The notes under the pieces: model-generated
Database searches by the model: none
Told to the model about the DNA's origin: nothing
Seen by the model: the letters and a program-made list of their open reading frames with translations, nothing else
Translations under genes and position numbers: made by a program
Assembly: GCF_018977255.1 (NCBI RefSeq)
Contig: NW_024704743.1
Location: 70,310,001 to 70,374,000 of the forward strand
Length of the DNA: 64,000 bases
DNA from: Callorhinchus milii
Lineage: Eukaryota
Direction of reading: 5' to 3'
In this document: in pieces, positions 13,170-25,800 of the stretch
Layout: each line of letters opens with the position of its first letter
Numbering within the stretch: position 1 is the first letter of the stretch

Positions 13170-13600
13170 TTCAAATTTGGGTGTTATCCACATACATATG
13201 AAAGTTGATCCCATATCTGCAGATGATAGCACTGGGAGACAGCATTAAATGAGAATAAAGAGGGAACTGATTGAGGTTACAGGCTTGGGGTAAACCACTC
13301 TTGACTGTGCTGGGGCAGGCGGAACCATTGGTGGAGACAAAATGATGGTGGTGGGTCAAGTAGGATGAACTAGGAGAGTGTGATGATCCCAATGATGAGG
13401 GAGGAGTGGTGGTTGACTAGGAGCTGGACTGTGTTGAAGGCAGCAGAGAGGTCCAGGAGAACAGGGAGGCAGAGGCAGTCCTGCTTGCAGAGCGAGAGAA
13501 TGTCATTTGCGCCTTTGACAAGGACTTTCTCAATGCTGCGGGCAGGGCGGATATCAGACTGGATGAACATAAAATAGAGTGGATTAATTAGTGGAGTTGC
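13170..13600 (-). mobile_element. Old L2 RT fragment
   Basis: Degenerate [34 protein letters not shown] and NFHMYVDNTQI in minus frames. Confidence 0.88.
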
Positions 13601-13904
13601 TGGTCTGCTCTCAAATTCTACCAATGAGACTCTATTTGTTCCATCATCAACAGTGCAATAACCCCCAGTGTGTCCCTGCTAGTAATACACAATTGCTATT
13701 TCCGTGTAGCCATTGAATCTCTGGTAACAATGCACAGTGCACAATTAATGTTTTATTCAATCAGAAGTGAGATGAAGTGTGACTATGTTCCAGGAATTAC
13801 TTGGGGGTAAACACTGTTTATGCTTTTTCTGGTGTCTACGCAGTGGTTATGCCACTAGAGTATTTTGTACTGTTCTACAATATAACTAACTGTGAGAACT
13901 CTCG

Positions 13905-14850
13905 CTCTCACCCGGTTACCTGCCAAGGATCCATCCTTGGCCCCTTACGCTTTCTGATCTACATGCTCCCTCTTGGGGATGTCATTCGCAGACGTGGGGT
14001 ACATTTCCACATGTACGCGGACGACACCCAACTCTATTTTTCATCTCTCTTTGCGACCCCCAGTCCCCTGATGTTCTGTCAGCCTGCTTTTCAGACCCCA
14101 GGGGCTAGAATAGAATAGATGAGCGCAAATGTCTCAGCTGAACATTGACAAGACAGAGGCCATACTCTGGCTCTTGTCAACATCTTAAATCTTACAGTTT
14201 TCACCTCCTCCAACTACCCGACTTCCCCTTAAAACTCTCCGAACCCGTACGCAACTTAGGCGCCAGATTCGACCCCCAATTATCCTTCCTCCCCCACATC
14301 CGGTCCCTCACCAGCACCACTTTCTTCCACCTCCGACGCATTGCCCGTCTCCGCCAATCCCCGAAAGCCGCTGAAACCCTGGTCCATGCCTTTGTCACCT
14401 CTCGGCTGGACTATTCTAATGCCCTCCTCGCCAGTCTCCCCTCCACTACCATCTATAAAATCCAGATTATTCAAAACTCTGCCGTCCGCATTCTCGCCCA
14501 CATCAAACTCCGTTTCCCGATTACCCCAGTCCTTGCCAGACTGCACTGGCTGCCTGTGCCAGAGAGGATCGACTTCAAGATCCTCACCCTTGTTTTCAAA
14601 TCCTTCCCCTCCTCTGCCCCCCCCACCCCCCACCCACCACCTCTCTGACCTCCACTCTCCTCAAAACAGTGCCCGTTGCCTTTGTTCCTCCAGGTCTGGC
14701 CTCCTCCTCATCCCCGAGTCCTCCGCTCCACCCTCGGCAGCCGTACCTTCAGCCACTAATGCCTCGAGGCTCTGGAACTCCCTTCTCACTCCCTTCGCCT
14801 CGCCCCCTCTCTTCCTATTTTCAGGTCTCTGCTGAAGAACTTTCTGCTGG
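13905..14850 (+). mobile_element. 5'-truncated L2 copy
   Basis: [67 protein letters not shown]. Confidence 0.93.
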
Positions 14851-15439
14851 TCAACAGTGAATAGCTGAAATATCCTTACATCACATTTATCAGTGTGACC
14901 GTTTTAATATATAAATGTTTAATAAACATAATTTCCACCATGTTTTTAGGCAGGCTGTTATATTTAATTGCACAACAGGAAGAACGCTAAACACAACCCC
15001 AGTGTTTGTTTCATACATCAGAAAAAACAAACTTGTGACAATTTCAATTTTGTTTCACTGGGGACATGAATCCTCATTTTTGGAAAATGTTCGTTTTCTT
15101 TCAAAAATGACAAATTGGAGGCATAACACAGCATCTTTGCCAACAAAAAGGGACATTAATTACATTGTTGCAATGATGGAAAATTTATAATTACATTGGG
15201 GGCACGCATCCAGAATGTCCCAGGCCCTCCATATAAACAGCGCTCCCCCAGCCACACCAAAGTGCACTGAGCAGTATCTCAATGGAATCACTAAAATGTC
15301 TATAAAAAAAGCTGTGGTGTAGCGATTATGCTGAACAGAATTCTTGGTGACATATGGGGGCACAATTACAATGAGTTTGGATGATTGAAAGAAAATATAA
15401 ATATAGGCATTTATAGGTTGAAATTCTAATAATAATCCT

Positions 15440-15705
15440 AACATAATCCTAATATAGTACCTTTCCCATTAGGAGGACATATCAAAGCACCTCACGTGAT
15501 ATACATTAAACTGATGTGACTGCAACTGTAGGTGAATGTAGCAGCCAATTGTGCATTGCAATGTCCCACAAACAGTTGTGAAGCGAATGACCAGTTTTTT
15601 GGGGAGGGATTGTTGGCCAGTCAGAAACTCCCTTCTTTTTTCAAATCGTGCCATGGGATTGTTAATGTCCAACTAAGACGGGACCATAGTTTAACATCTC
15701 ATCCA
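15440..15705 (-). mobile_element. DeuSINE 3' portion
   Basis: GTGCCATGGGATTGTTAATGTCCAAC..TTTAACATCTCATCCAAAA is the reverse Deu domain, with the shared tail. Confidence 0.8.
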
Positions 15706-15834
15706 AAATTTTCTGTGGTGTTACTTAAGCTTCTCATAATGCTGGCTTCATATTTTGCCAAAGGTACTACGCATAACACCAATCAAAATTTCAGCCCATC
15801 AGTGAGAACAATTCTACTTATGCAGTACAGTTGT

Positions 15835-16272
15835 GTGTTAGCCTGGTTCAGTGGTAGCACTCTTGCCTTTGAGTCAGAAGGTTGTGGGTTCAAGTCCACA
15901 GTTTCTAGCTTGAACTCACATCATCTAAGCTGACATGCCAATGCAGTGCTGGGGATGTCTTGCATTGTTGGAGTTGCTGTCCTTCAGATGAAACATTAAA
16001 CCAAGGTCCTGTCTGCTCTTCAGGTGAACATTAAAGATCTCATTGCACTATTCAAAAAGAGAAGGAAGTTTCTTCCAGTGACCTGGCCAACAATCCCCCA
16101 AATAAAACATGTTCACTCACTCTATGGCTATTCAAGGGACATTACTGCATGCAAGATGGCTGCCACGTTTCGTCTACAAAATACACAGTCAATTCACTTT
16201 ACATTATATCCTGTGAAGTGCTTTGAGATGTCTTGACCACACGACTAGGCACTATATCAAATGCAAGGATTA
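15835..16272 (+). mobile_element. DeuSINE (SacSINE1/AmnSINE1-related), full length
   Basis: tRNA-like head GGTTCAGTGGTAGCACTCTTGCCTTTGAGTCAGAAGGTTGTGGGTTCAAGTCC; Deu-domain-like GGAGTTGCTGTCCTTCAGATGAAACATTAAACCAAGGTCC..CAGGTGAACATTAAAGATCTCATTGCACTATT; L2-like tail. Family assignment is from recall of the Deu domain. Confidence 0.85.
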
Positions 16273-19200
16273 AATTAGGAAGCAATTTTTCTATCAATTC
16301 TTTCAATTCTGGACTGTTTGAAATTCTACAAAAATAGAGTAATACTAATAATAGTAGTCCTTGCATTAAATATAGCACTTTATCACATTGTTGAGCTGAC
16401 TCAAAGCATTTTACAGGAATGTAATGTACTGTAATAAAAGCATCTATTTACAAGCATAGGTGGGGAATAAATATCAGAGACCACATTTTTTCACTATAAA
16501 GGATGTGTTGCACTACGTTTATTAAACGTTATCCCCTCCTCCTTTCAAATATTTCTTAGAAACTGTACATCATTATTATTTTCTTCTCAAATAAGTATTT
16601 TCCAAACATCATAGAGTTTTTTCATATTTGAAAGTGTTAGTTGGAATGCTGAGGAGAGGAATATGTTCAAGGAGAGGTTTTGTAAATTACCTTTCCACCG
16701 CGCCAGAGTCTGGCCTCCGCGTGCCAACATTAAAAGGATTTACTGCATTTCAGTTGCACTAATCCATGTTGTTATTTGTTTCAGCTGCTTGTGGCCACTG
16801 CATGATAAACGTATTCCATTCGCAATTGTGAGTTATTAGCTATTTATAATGTTGCACAGGAGTAATGGATATTTAGGAGAACAATTATGCCACATATCAG
16901 GAAAAATAGGAGGGGTGGGGGGGCGACAGGGTTTAAGAATATTAGTCATTTGAGAAAAGATCTTAGAAGTTTCTGTATCCAAATCAAATTGAGAGTTCCC
17001 ACCTACACACATGGAATTTACCTACACATGGAATTCCAGAGATGTTTATTGGAATGGAACGTGCACTCTCTCCATGGAGGAATACATCTTGTTTACCTAA
17101 TCCAGGAGAATATTAGCCATAGGTTGGAGAGAAGCAAGACTTGGGGACCCCAGAGTGTGCGTTGGGATACTTTTGGAGTCTAACCAGCCAAAAACGCATA
17201 GCTTGCCATTGAGAGCACTGCTTGGCAAGCTTTCCCGCTGCTCGTCCAGCTAGGACATAGGAACTTAGGAACAGGAGTAGGCCATTCAGCCCATCGACCC
17301 CAGGAGTATAGGCATAAGCTGATTCCGCTATGGAATATAGATTACATCGTAATAGAGTTCCCATGGGTCAAGACATTTTACTTCTGGTTATTGGAAGGAA
17401 TCGTCATTTGTGTGACTCAGATTCTTTATTAAGGAATCCAGTTAAGAAATACTGAAATCAGACCCTATTATTGCTGAGAGGAGGTGATCACTTCCATTAG
17501 TTTCAAGTGATAGATGAATGTAGAAACTTCCCTTAGTTTAGCACCCTGGGGATAAGGAAGTCGAGACTAAAGTTCGGAGAATGGCCAAGTCACGTGAGGC
17601 AGTTTTCATTTGAGGACATTGAACACTTTGAATTGTTGAAAGATACAAAGTGAAACATGCTCCGTCTGTGAACATACAAAAACTCATTAGCCGTGGAAAC
17701 ACAAAGGTTTTAAATACTGCCATTGCTGATATGTCAAATATTTATTTTGACATCTGTGAAATGGATGAATATATGCTCAAAGGAAAATTTGCAGGTCAGA
17801 TTTTCTGTGCTACAGAATATATTATTTGTGAAAATACCAAAAGCCTTCTTGCATGCATTTTCTTTCAACTATTTACATGTTTAATCATTTGAACTAAAGA
17901 TAATATAATTCCAATTTTAAGTCGTGACCCATTAAATACAATACATCAAAGAAGACATGATAATTGTAAAATCTCAACAAAGGGTCTTTTTAAATCTTTT
18001 TGAAGTGATTAAGTTCCTTCATGTTAGTAATAATGCAATAATTGCTGTGAACTGTGCACTAATTGAATATTATTCCAGCAATATTAAGCTAACTGCTGAA
18101 CCATCAACTGCACCAGTATGAGAATAAAAAAATACAATTTCCAAACTCAGCTTTCAATTTCTCTGCTCCATGTATTTTATTCGCAGTCACACATTTGCTA
18201 CCAAATATTGCCACTCCAATCAGTGATGCAGTTCCTTTGCTAAATGCAATTAAATCATATTTGGATATTAGAAAGGATTGCTTAGAAAGGTAGTGAGGTT
18301 TCTGATGTAAGATGAGGGTGATATATGATTTCTCTCCAATATGCTCAAGGTTTACTTTTTGATACTTAATAGAAGGACATTATTTTTATTGTGCTTTATT
18401 AAAAATAACTGGTATAATGGAGTTCAGCTTTGTCAGATCTCATATCAAGGTTTCCACAATCACATGCATAATCAGGTTGACCAATGGCTTAGTGAAGTAG
18501 TTCCTGTGTACAGCAAGATTAGTAGAGAATATTTAGGGAAACATTCCCCCTATGTATGGATTTGCTCTGTTTTCTGAGCATTTCAGAGCATCTAGAACTC
18601 GGTAAATTTTTAAATGCAGTTTTTTTTCTATTCTGGACCATTTCAAATGCAACAAAAATAGAGTAATACTAATAATATTAATAATAGTAATGATAGTAAT
18701 AATCCTTGCATTTGTTGAGTGTAAGATGGGGTGACTGTATGTAATTTGTGGGTGAACGCCCCAGCCAATATGCGCACAGCAAACTTCAACGAACAATCAT
18801 GGAGTAGGTGACCAATTTTACCTGTTAGATTGTTGGTCAGGACATCAGGAAAATCTCCCTTCTCTTTTTGAATGGAGTCCATGCAGCACTCTGCATTGCT
18901 CGGATGATTTTGAAATGGAAGTTAACTGATTGGAGTGTGACTGACTCTTTAATAATATTAAAGTCCATGAACTTACAAACTGATTTTTAAGAAAAAGAAA
19001 AGTTTAAAATATCGTTAGAATTGGCTGCAGTGTAATCAGATTTAAACTGGCAGCCGAATGTATCAGTTCCATTTCAAAGCAGAGATCAATAATTCAATCA
19101 GAGCCTCTGTAATTAGATTTAAACTTTTAAACTGTACTTTTAGCTTCAATTGTTTGTAGAAATTGTATTGGATGTATGTTACAAGTGCAACAGATACAGG

Positions 19201-19356
19201 GTATTATACTTTTAAAATGTTTGGAAACTGATAGCATTCTTTTTTTCTCAAGGTTTCCCTACATTTGCACAATATCCACTTGGGTTATTGTCCTGTTGGG
19301 AAACATGGTGAACCTGGTGACACATTGTTGTAAACTGTGCTCTATGCTGTGTTCTG

Positions 19357-20437
19357 TCCACACTGTCACGTCTGGTGTCCCCCAGGGCTCTGTCCTTGGC
19401 CCTCTCCTCTTTAATATCTATATGCTCCCCCTTGGTGACATCATCCGCAGACACGGGGTCAATTTCCACATGTATGCGGATGACACCCAACTCTATCTTT
19501 CAGCCTTCACCCTCAATTCCAGGACCACTGACAGACTGCCTGTCGGACATCATGTCCTGGATGAGGGCAAATTTCCTACAGTTGAATGTGAACAAGACTG
19601 AGGCCCTCCTGATTGGCTCACGCCAGCGCCTCAGCACCTCAGGCTCTGGCAACGTTAACCTCCACAGTTGCACACTACAGCTCACCGCCAGTCAGGAACC
19701 TCGGTGTCTTGTTCGACCCTCAACTGTCTTTTCTTGCCCACATCCAAGCCATGACCCGCTCTGCCTTCCCTCACCTCCGTAACATCGCCCGACTCTGCCA
19801 CTACCTCACCCCTCAGGCCACTGAAACTCTTGTTCATGCCTTCATCACCTCCAGGCTCGACTATGCACACGCCCTGCTTGTCGGCCTTCCCAACTCCTCC
19901 CTCCAGACTGCAGATAATCCAGAACTCTGCAGCCCGTGTCCTCTCCCGCACCAAACTCTGTGACCCCATCTCCCCCATTTTCGCCCGACTCCATTGGCTC
20001 CCTATCCTTCAGAGGATCCAGTTCAAGATCCTGGTCCTCACCTACAAAGCCCTCCATGGCTTCGCCCCACCCTATCTCTGTGAACTCCTAACCCCCTACC
20101 AACCTGCCCGCTCCCTCCGCTCAGCCGGCTCTGGCCTGTTCCACGTGCCCCAACCCACCCGCCCCACCATTGGCGGGAGGGCCTTCAGCCACTCTGCCCC
20201 CAACCTCTGGAATTCCATCCTCCTGTCACTCCGCCTCGCCCCCTCCTTAGCCTCCTTCAAGTCTCGCCCAAAACCCTCCTTTTCCACCATGCTGTCAGCC
20301 ACCCCCCTTCCCCTCCCTTCCCTTCTCCCCCCTGACCCCAGCTCGGGTTTGAAATGCTGTACTCCGTCCAGCGCCTTGGGACGTCCTCCAGACGTGAAAG
20401 ACGTTATACAAATGTAATCTTGTTGTTGTTGTTGTTG
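19357..20437 (+). mobile_element. 5'-truncated L2 copy with intact 3' tail
   Basis: [41 protein letters not shown]; tail GCGCCTTGGGACGTCCTCCAGACGTGAAAGACGTTATACAAATGTAATC(TTG)n. Confidence 0.95.
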
Positions 20438-21129
20438 TATGCTGAAAGCCTGCTGAAATCACCACTGACGTTTCTGTGTTTAATGATTTGCAAGCTTATC
20501 AAGGGGTTAGCACGTATAAATAGAGAAGCCAATGTAGAATGTGTGAGAAAGACAAAACATGTTTTTGATCAAAGCTCAATGGGTTTTACAAGTGTAAAGA
20601 GGCATAAATTCTTCAAACACCTTTGTGCCAATTCATTTTTTTCTCTCTGAATTACTGACAGAAACATGAATGGATTTTTTTGCTGTTTTGTTTGATGCAA
20701 TGACTCTTGCTGGCTACCCAGATGTTTTATGTTTTGTAACAATAGGGTGAAAGACTGGTATATGTCCTGATAATTATCACCAGTGATTATAATTATAACA
20801 TCACTAAAAGTTGCATTGTAAAAACTGTCTTTAATAATTGACTGGTCAAGGTGTGACCTTCCCTCCAACGCCTTTCCACCCCCTTTGCACAATTGTTTGG
20901 CCTAAAGCAGGCTACTATTGGATCAATCTCAGGAAATTCTGTATAGGCGGGATATGTGTTACTCTCAATTTGGTTTAGATTCTCTTAAAAATGGTGATGG
21001 ATATCTGTAACAGAGTTACAGAGTTTGTGCAACTCTCATTGAGCTCGGGCAGTATCTTGTACAATGGCATTGAAACAATATTGATAATTATCATCACAAT
21101 GCATAAATTTTAATCCCTCTGATAATAAT

Positions 21130-21393
21130 TGTGGAGTCCTGTAGCTCAGTGGTTAGAGCACTCGCTTTGCAAGCGAGAGACCTGGGTTCGATTCCAGGCA
21201 GAGGGCGAAACCTTGGGCAAGTTTCCTTACTCCACACACCTAATAATAATCCCTCCAAAACCAAAAACAATAATAAATTGGTCATTTCAATCCATGACTG
21301 TTTGTAGGACACTGCTGTGCGCAATTGGCATTTTGCCCACAAGTATACAGTCAGTTCACTTTACAGTCTATTCTGTGAAGCGCTTTGAGACGT
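21130..21393 (+). mobile_element. tRNA-Ala-derived SINE, short subfamily, extreme 3' tail missing
   Basis: GGAGTCCTGTAGCTCAGTGGTTAGAGCACTCGCTTTGCAAGCGAGAGACCTGGGTTCGATTCCAGGC; body matches the other copies. Confidence 0.95.
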
Positions 21394-23502
21394 ACAATAA
21401 TCATTTTTCGATATGCATCCTGCACAACATTGTATAAAATGTGAAAGATATTATTGTTTCTTTAGTTGAAGGACATAATCAATCTGCTGTCCTGATCAGC
21501 CAGAAACAACAGGTAGTTCTTTTGAAACCTCAAGAGATCTCAAAACTATTCCCAGGCCTTTTCAGAATTGGTAGATTTTAAACTTAAGACAAGAATCTTC
21601 GATTAAGACAGATGGTAGTTCTTTCACAAGCATTAAGGAACACCATAAAGTTCTCAACATGAGAGTTTGGTTTGTACTACAGTTTGACTTGTACATAAGT
21701 TCAGAATTACATTAATTAATTAAATAGCTGTTGCTATTTGTTGCTATATTTGAATTTCAAATAGAATCATATCGGTTAAAATTGCAGTCAAAATTACATT
21801 TCTCCTAAAGAGATTCCATAACTATTTAAGGAACAAAGTTAAAATGTATTTTGAAATTCCCCCAACCCAAAGATGCTTTCTGTGACTGGTTGGGCCAAAA
21901 TATTTCAGCCATTCTTGAATGCTGTTATTCAATTCTTTCATAGCACTTTATCGTCTCACTCCTGGTATGTTTTGTGTGACTGTTCCTATACCATTTCCAC
22001 AGCTCTATTGTCATTTCTGTAAATGGGCAAAACTGCATGCAATATTTCAGCTTCATGCTGAACAATGTCTTGTATAAATGTAATGTTAACCCTTGCTTTT
22101 ATGTTCAATGTCCCTACATATTTTCCTACAGTATTTTTGCAGACAAAACCCACAGCCACTTTACTTTTACAATAAATATTGTGAAGCGCTTTGGACATCC
22201 TCCCGATATAAAATACACTATAATATATGTAATTAATTAATTATTTAATATATAATCCCAGATCTCTGCACTTTCCTGAGACTCTAAGATGAATTCCTGA
22301 TTTTCTTAATGATTATAAATTTCATCATGTATTACAGTCTCGAAAAATTTACCCACAAAACAGGCAGTAATTGGCCAATAATTTTCCAAGATATTTGGAA
22401 AGTTGAGGCCAATACATCTGCTATCTACTGTTCGACCTTCTTCAATATTCTGTGATGGATACTATTCGAGTGGAGGATTTTTTCTTCAAGTCCTTTTAAC
22501 ATTCAATTACAGTTTTCCTTGTATTATTTAGCTCCAGTAGATGCTATTCATTTTCTGGCTTGCGTGCAGTCCCACTTCCACTTTTCCATGTAAAAGTGGC
22601 AGCAAAGCATTTCCGTCATTCTCAACTACAAGATTGCTCCCTTTGGCTTAAAAATAGTCAAGTTCTTATCTCGACTATCCTCTTACTTTTTATATGCTTT
22701 TCTTTTCTTTGCTGCTATGCACTTACAAAAAAAATTTCTGCCTTTGGCAGCATGTCACAGATCTCCAAAAATGCCAACGAATGGCATAATTTTTAGCTCT
22801 TGGGTTAGCTTCTATATACAAAAACTATTGTAGGACACAAGGATTCACTTATGGATTCAGAAAACTACACTCTTATGATGGATGATGGATTGACACGATG
22901 GATTGATAATGACCCTGAATAGATCGTTCATCAGAATAACGACACATTTCCACTGAAATGTCATACAGGTTTAACTTAATTTTACTGATTGGGGGAGAGA
23001 GGTCTAATCTGTGAGTTGGGCGAACAACATATGTGCAAAATTTGCAAGTTAGGTCAACAATTCTCAAATGCATGTGTGCAGAGGGAACTGAATGTATTCT
23101 TAATTTTGGAATTAACAACAAAGCATTGTAAAATTAAGGCCAGCTATATGTTTGTATGTTTTAACCTAACCTGTACATTTTAAGTAGTTAATCCAATATG
23201 CAAATGAGACTCAAATTTTAAAATGTTTAAATATTTAGTTTAATTTAAAGATTTCATCATGATTGGTGCTTTCATTTCGAGATTTGTCTCAGTGTCTTAT
23301 AGCATGGAGCATACTCAGTCGTTTCTTAAAGCAAGTGCAGATCACAGACGACCACTCCTGTGGGACAGGAAAATGTGAGCAATAAATGGCATTCAAAAGA
23401 TTTGGACCAATTAAATGGATGAACTAAAGACCAGCAGATAGATTTTAATGTGAATAAATAGTTTATGGTAAATCAATTCTGTCATGTAAACGTTAAACCT
23501 AT

Positions 23503-23852
23503 ATGGAATCCTGTAGCGTATTGGTTAGAGCATTCACCTCACAGACAAAATGGGTTTGATTCCTAAGAAGGGTGAAACTTTAGGCAAGTTTCCTTACTCC
23601 ACAGTCCTCTGTTTACCTAACAGTAAGTAGGAACCTGGTTGTTAGTCGATTGGCAGATCACTCTCTGGGGGTAATAATCCCTTCCAAATAAATAAAATAA
23701 TAATAATTTGGTCACTAAATCCACAACTGCTTGTGGCTGCCACATTTCACCCACAAAACATACAGCCAATTCATTTTGCAGCGAAACGCTTTGAGATGGC
23801 TCAACAACATGATTACATACTATATCAAATGGAAGGATTATTATTATTATAT
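23503..23852 (+). mobile_element. tRNA-Ala-derived SINE, long subfamily (older)
   Basis: Degenerate head plus the extra segment CTCTGTTTACCTAACAGTAAGTAGGAACCTGGTTGTTAGTCGATTGGCAGATCAC. Confidence 0.9.
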
Positions 23853-24070
23853 AAAATAAATATTATTAACTCAGTCAATTTGCGCTTAATTTTTCGTATT
23901 TTGGATCCTGATATAAGTTGTGTGGCAAAAGAGAAACTAATAGAAGCATCGAAAGTTTGAGGAAGAATGGGCATGTAAATGGAACACACCATCAAGACGA
24001 ATTGATTTGCAACCTTAGCTAACTTGTCACAAAGCCAGGGGGCTGCTTCAGACAGCCAGTACTCAGGACT

Positions 24071-24386
24071 AGTGGAGTCCTGTAGCTCAGTGGTTGGAGC
24101 ACTCGCCTTGCAAGCCAGACACCTGGGTTCAATTCCAGACAGGGCAAAACCTTGGACAAGTTTCCTTACTCCACACCCCTGATAATAATCCCTCCAAAAC
24201 AAAACAATAATAAATTGGTCACTTTCAATCCACGACTGTTTGTGGGACACTGCTGTGCGCAATTGGCTGCCGCGTTTCACCCACAAATATACAGTCAATT
24301 CACTTTACAGCATAATCTGTGAAGCGCTTTGAGACATCGAGAAGACGTGATAAGCGCTATATCAAATGCAAGGATTATTATTATTT
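24071..24386 (+). mobile_element. tRNA-Ala-derived SINE, short subfamily, full length
   Basis: Head with boxes A/B; tail AGCGCTTTGAGACATCGAGAAGACGTGATAAGCGCTATATCAAATGCAAGG(ATT)n. Confidence 0.95.
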
Positions 24387-24639
24387 TAGTGCCATGACTG
24401 TCCAGTGGAAAAGCATAAGCCAGTAAGGGAAACACACACACTGAGCCCCAAGGCTTCCAATCACAGACAGCAGTCTTTGGAACTCTGCAAAAACTTGACC
24501 CCTGGAGCCATTGGAGGCCACTATAAGAAGAAACAGCAAGCAGATACTTTCACAAAGACAATAGAGGGAAAAAGCACAAGGAATTATAAAGAAGAGACCT
24601 GCAAACGAATGAGAATCTACTCTGTAGAAATGATCAATT

Positions 24640-25012
24640 AATAATAATAATCCTATAATAATCCTTGCATTTGATATAGCACTTTATCACGTCTCAAAGT
24701 GCTTCACAGAATATACTGCAAAGTGAATTGACAGTGTATTTTGTGGGTGAAACGCTGCAGCCAATTGTGCACAGCGGTGTCCCACAAACAATGTGGATTG
24801 AATGACCAATTTATTTTTATTTATTTTGAAGGATTTATTACCCAGAAAGGGGATCAGCCAATCGACTAACAACCGGGTTCCTACTTTCCCTTTGGTAAAC
24901 AGAGGCGTGTGGAATAAGGAAACTCGCCAAAGGTATCACCTTGGCGGGAATCAAACCCAGGTCATCTCGCTTGCGAGACGAATGCTCCAACCACTGAGCT
25001 ACAGGAATCCAT
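24640..25012 (-). mobile_element. tRNA-Ala-derived SINE, long subfamily
   Basis: Reverse head with anticodon loop CTCGCAA; contains the roughly 60-bp extra segment (24840-24905). Confidence 0.92.
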
Positions 25013-25119
25013 TAGGACACATTGGGAGATTAATGCTGAATGTCAGTATCTTTTATGATACTTTATTATTAAATGAAAAATGACAGATTTGCCATTAATA
25101 TTTATTCAGAAGCTGTTAC

Positions 25120-25405
25120 ATTGTCAAGCTCCCAGATGGCCAAGTGGACTAATGCGGCACTAGCCAGACGGTTGCAGATTCCAGTTGGTATCAGCTGGAA
25201 AAGAAGTTTGGATGGCTCAGTTGGCCTCTGCATCCTGAGTCAGGGAAGGGAGAATCAACCAGGGCTCCTAAATACCATCCTGAGAAGTTGGATTTTGGGT
25301 GAGATCAAATGTGGACCTGGCTCTGATGCTCCCCCATGTTTAAAGAGGCTGCCAACAATCACTGTTGAAATTCACATATGAATCATGGTCACTGGATTGA
25401 GGTCC
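25120..25405 (+). mobile_element. Ancient SINE-like repeat (unassigned)
   Basis: tRNA-like start CAGATGGCCAAGTGGACTAATG and body GGGAAGGGAGAATCAACCAGGGCTCC..CTGCCAACAATCACTG..ATGGTCACTGG resemble a common shark repeat (from recall only). Confidence 0.45.
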
Positions 25406-25800
25406 TATCATCCAGAACTCTGTAGCTCGTGTCCTCTCCCGCACCAGGCTCTGTGACCCCATCAGCCGCACCCTTGCGCAGCTCCACTGGCTCACAATCC
25501 CTCAGAAGATAGAGTTCAAAATCCTCGTCTTCATCCTTGGCCTTGCCCCTTCCTACCACTGTGAACTGCTAACCCCATATCAATCTGTCCACTCTCTCCA
25601 GTCAGCAGGCTCCAGTCTGCTCCACATCTCCCGCTCAACTCGCCCCACCATCGGTGGTCAGATATTCAGCTTCTCTGCCCCCATCCTTTGTATCTCCTTC
25701 CCACATTCCCTTCACCTCGCTCCCTCCCTTGCCTCCTTCAAGACACGTCTTAAAACCCTCCTCTTCGACCTCACCTTTGGCCACCCTCCCACCCTTCTGA
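25405..25800 (+). mobile_element. L2 3' fragment
   Basis: Homologous to the L2 C-terminal coding region (ATCCAGAACTCTG..CTCCACTGGCTC..GAGTTCAAAATCCTC..CTTCAAGACACGTCTTAAAACCCTCCTCTTCGACC). Confidence 0.88.

Noticed and set aside
13170..14850. Single twin-primed inverted L2 insertion
   Set aside because: The orientation fits, but the two parts overlap in the PQGS-YADD region, differ from each other there, and are separated by about 300 bp of unrelated DNA; two insertions are more likely.
14915..15190. piggyBac transposase remnant (VSYIRKNKLVTISILFH)
   Set aside because: Only one short motif resemblance, with no flanking catalytic motifs or TTAA/TIR ends seen.
16990..17037. Small tandem duplications (also 12756-12784, 28215-28236, 29510-29532)
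   Set aside because: Ordinary slippage duplications with no further structure.
21133..21205. tRNA-Ala(TGC) gene
   Set aside because: No acceptor stem, and it continues directly into a SINE body found in many copies.
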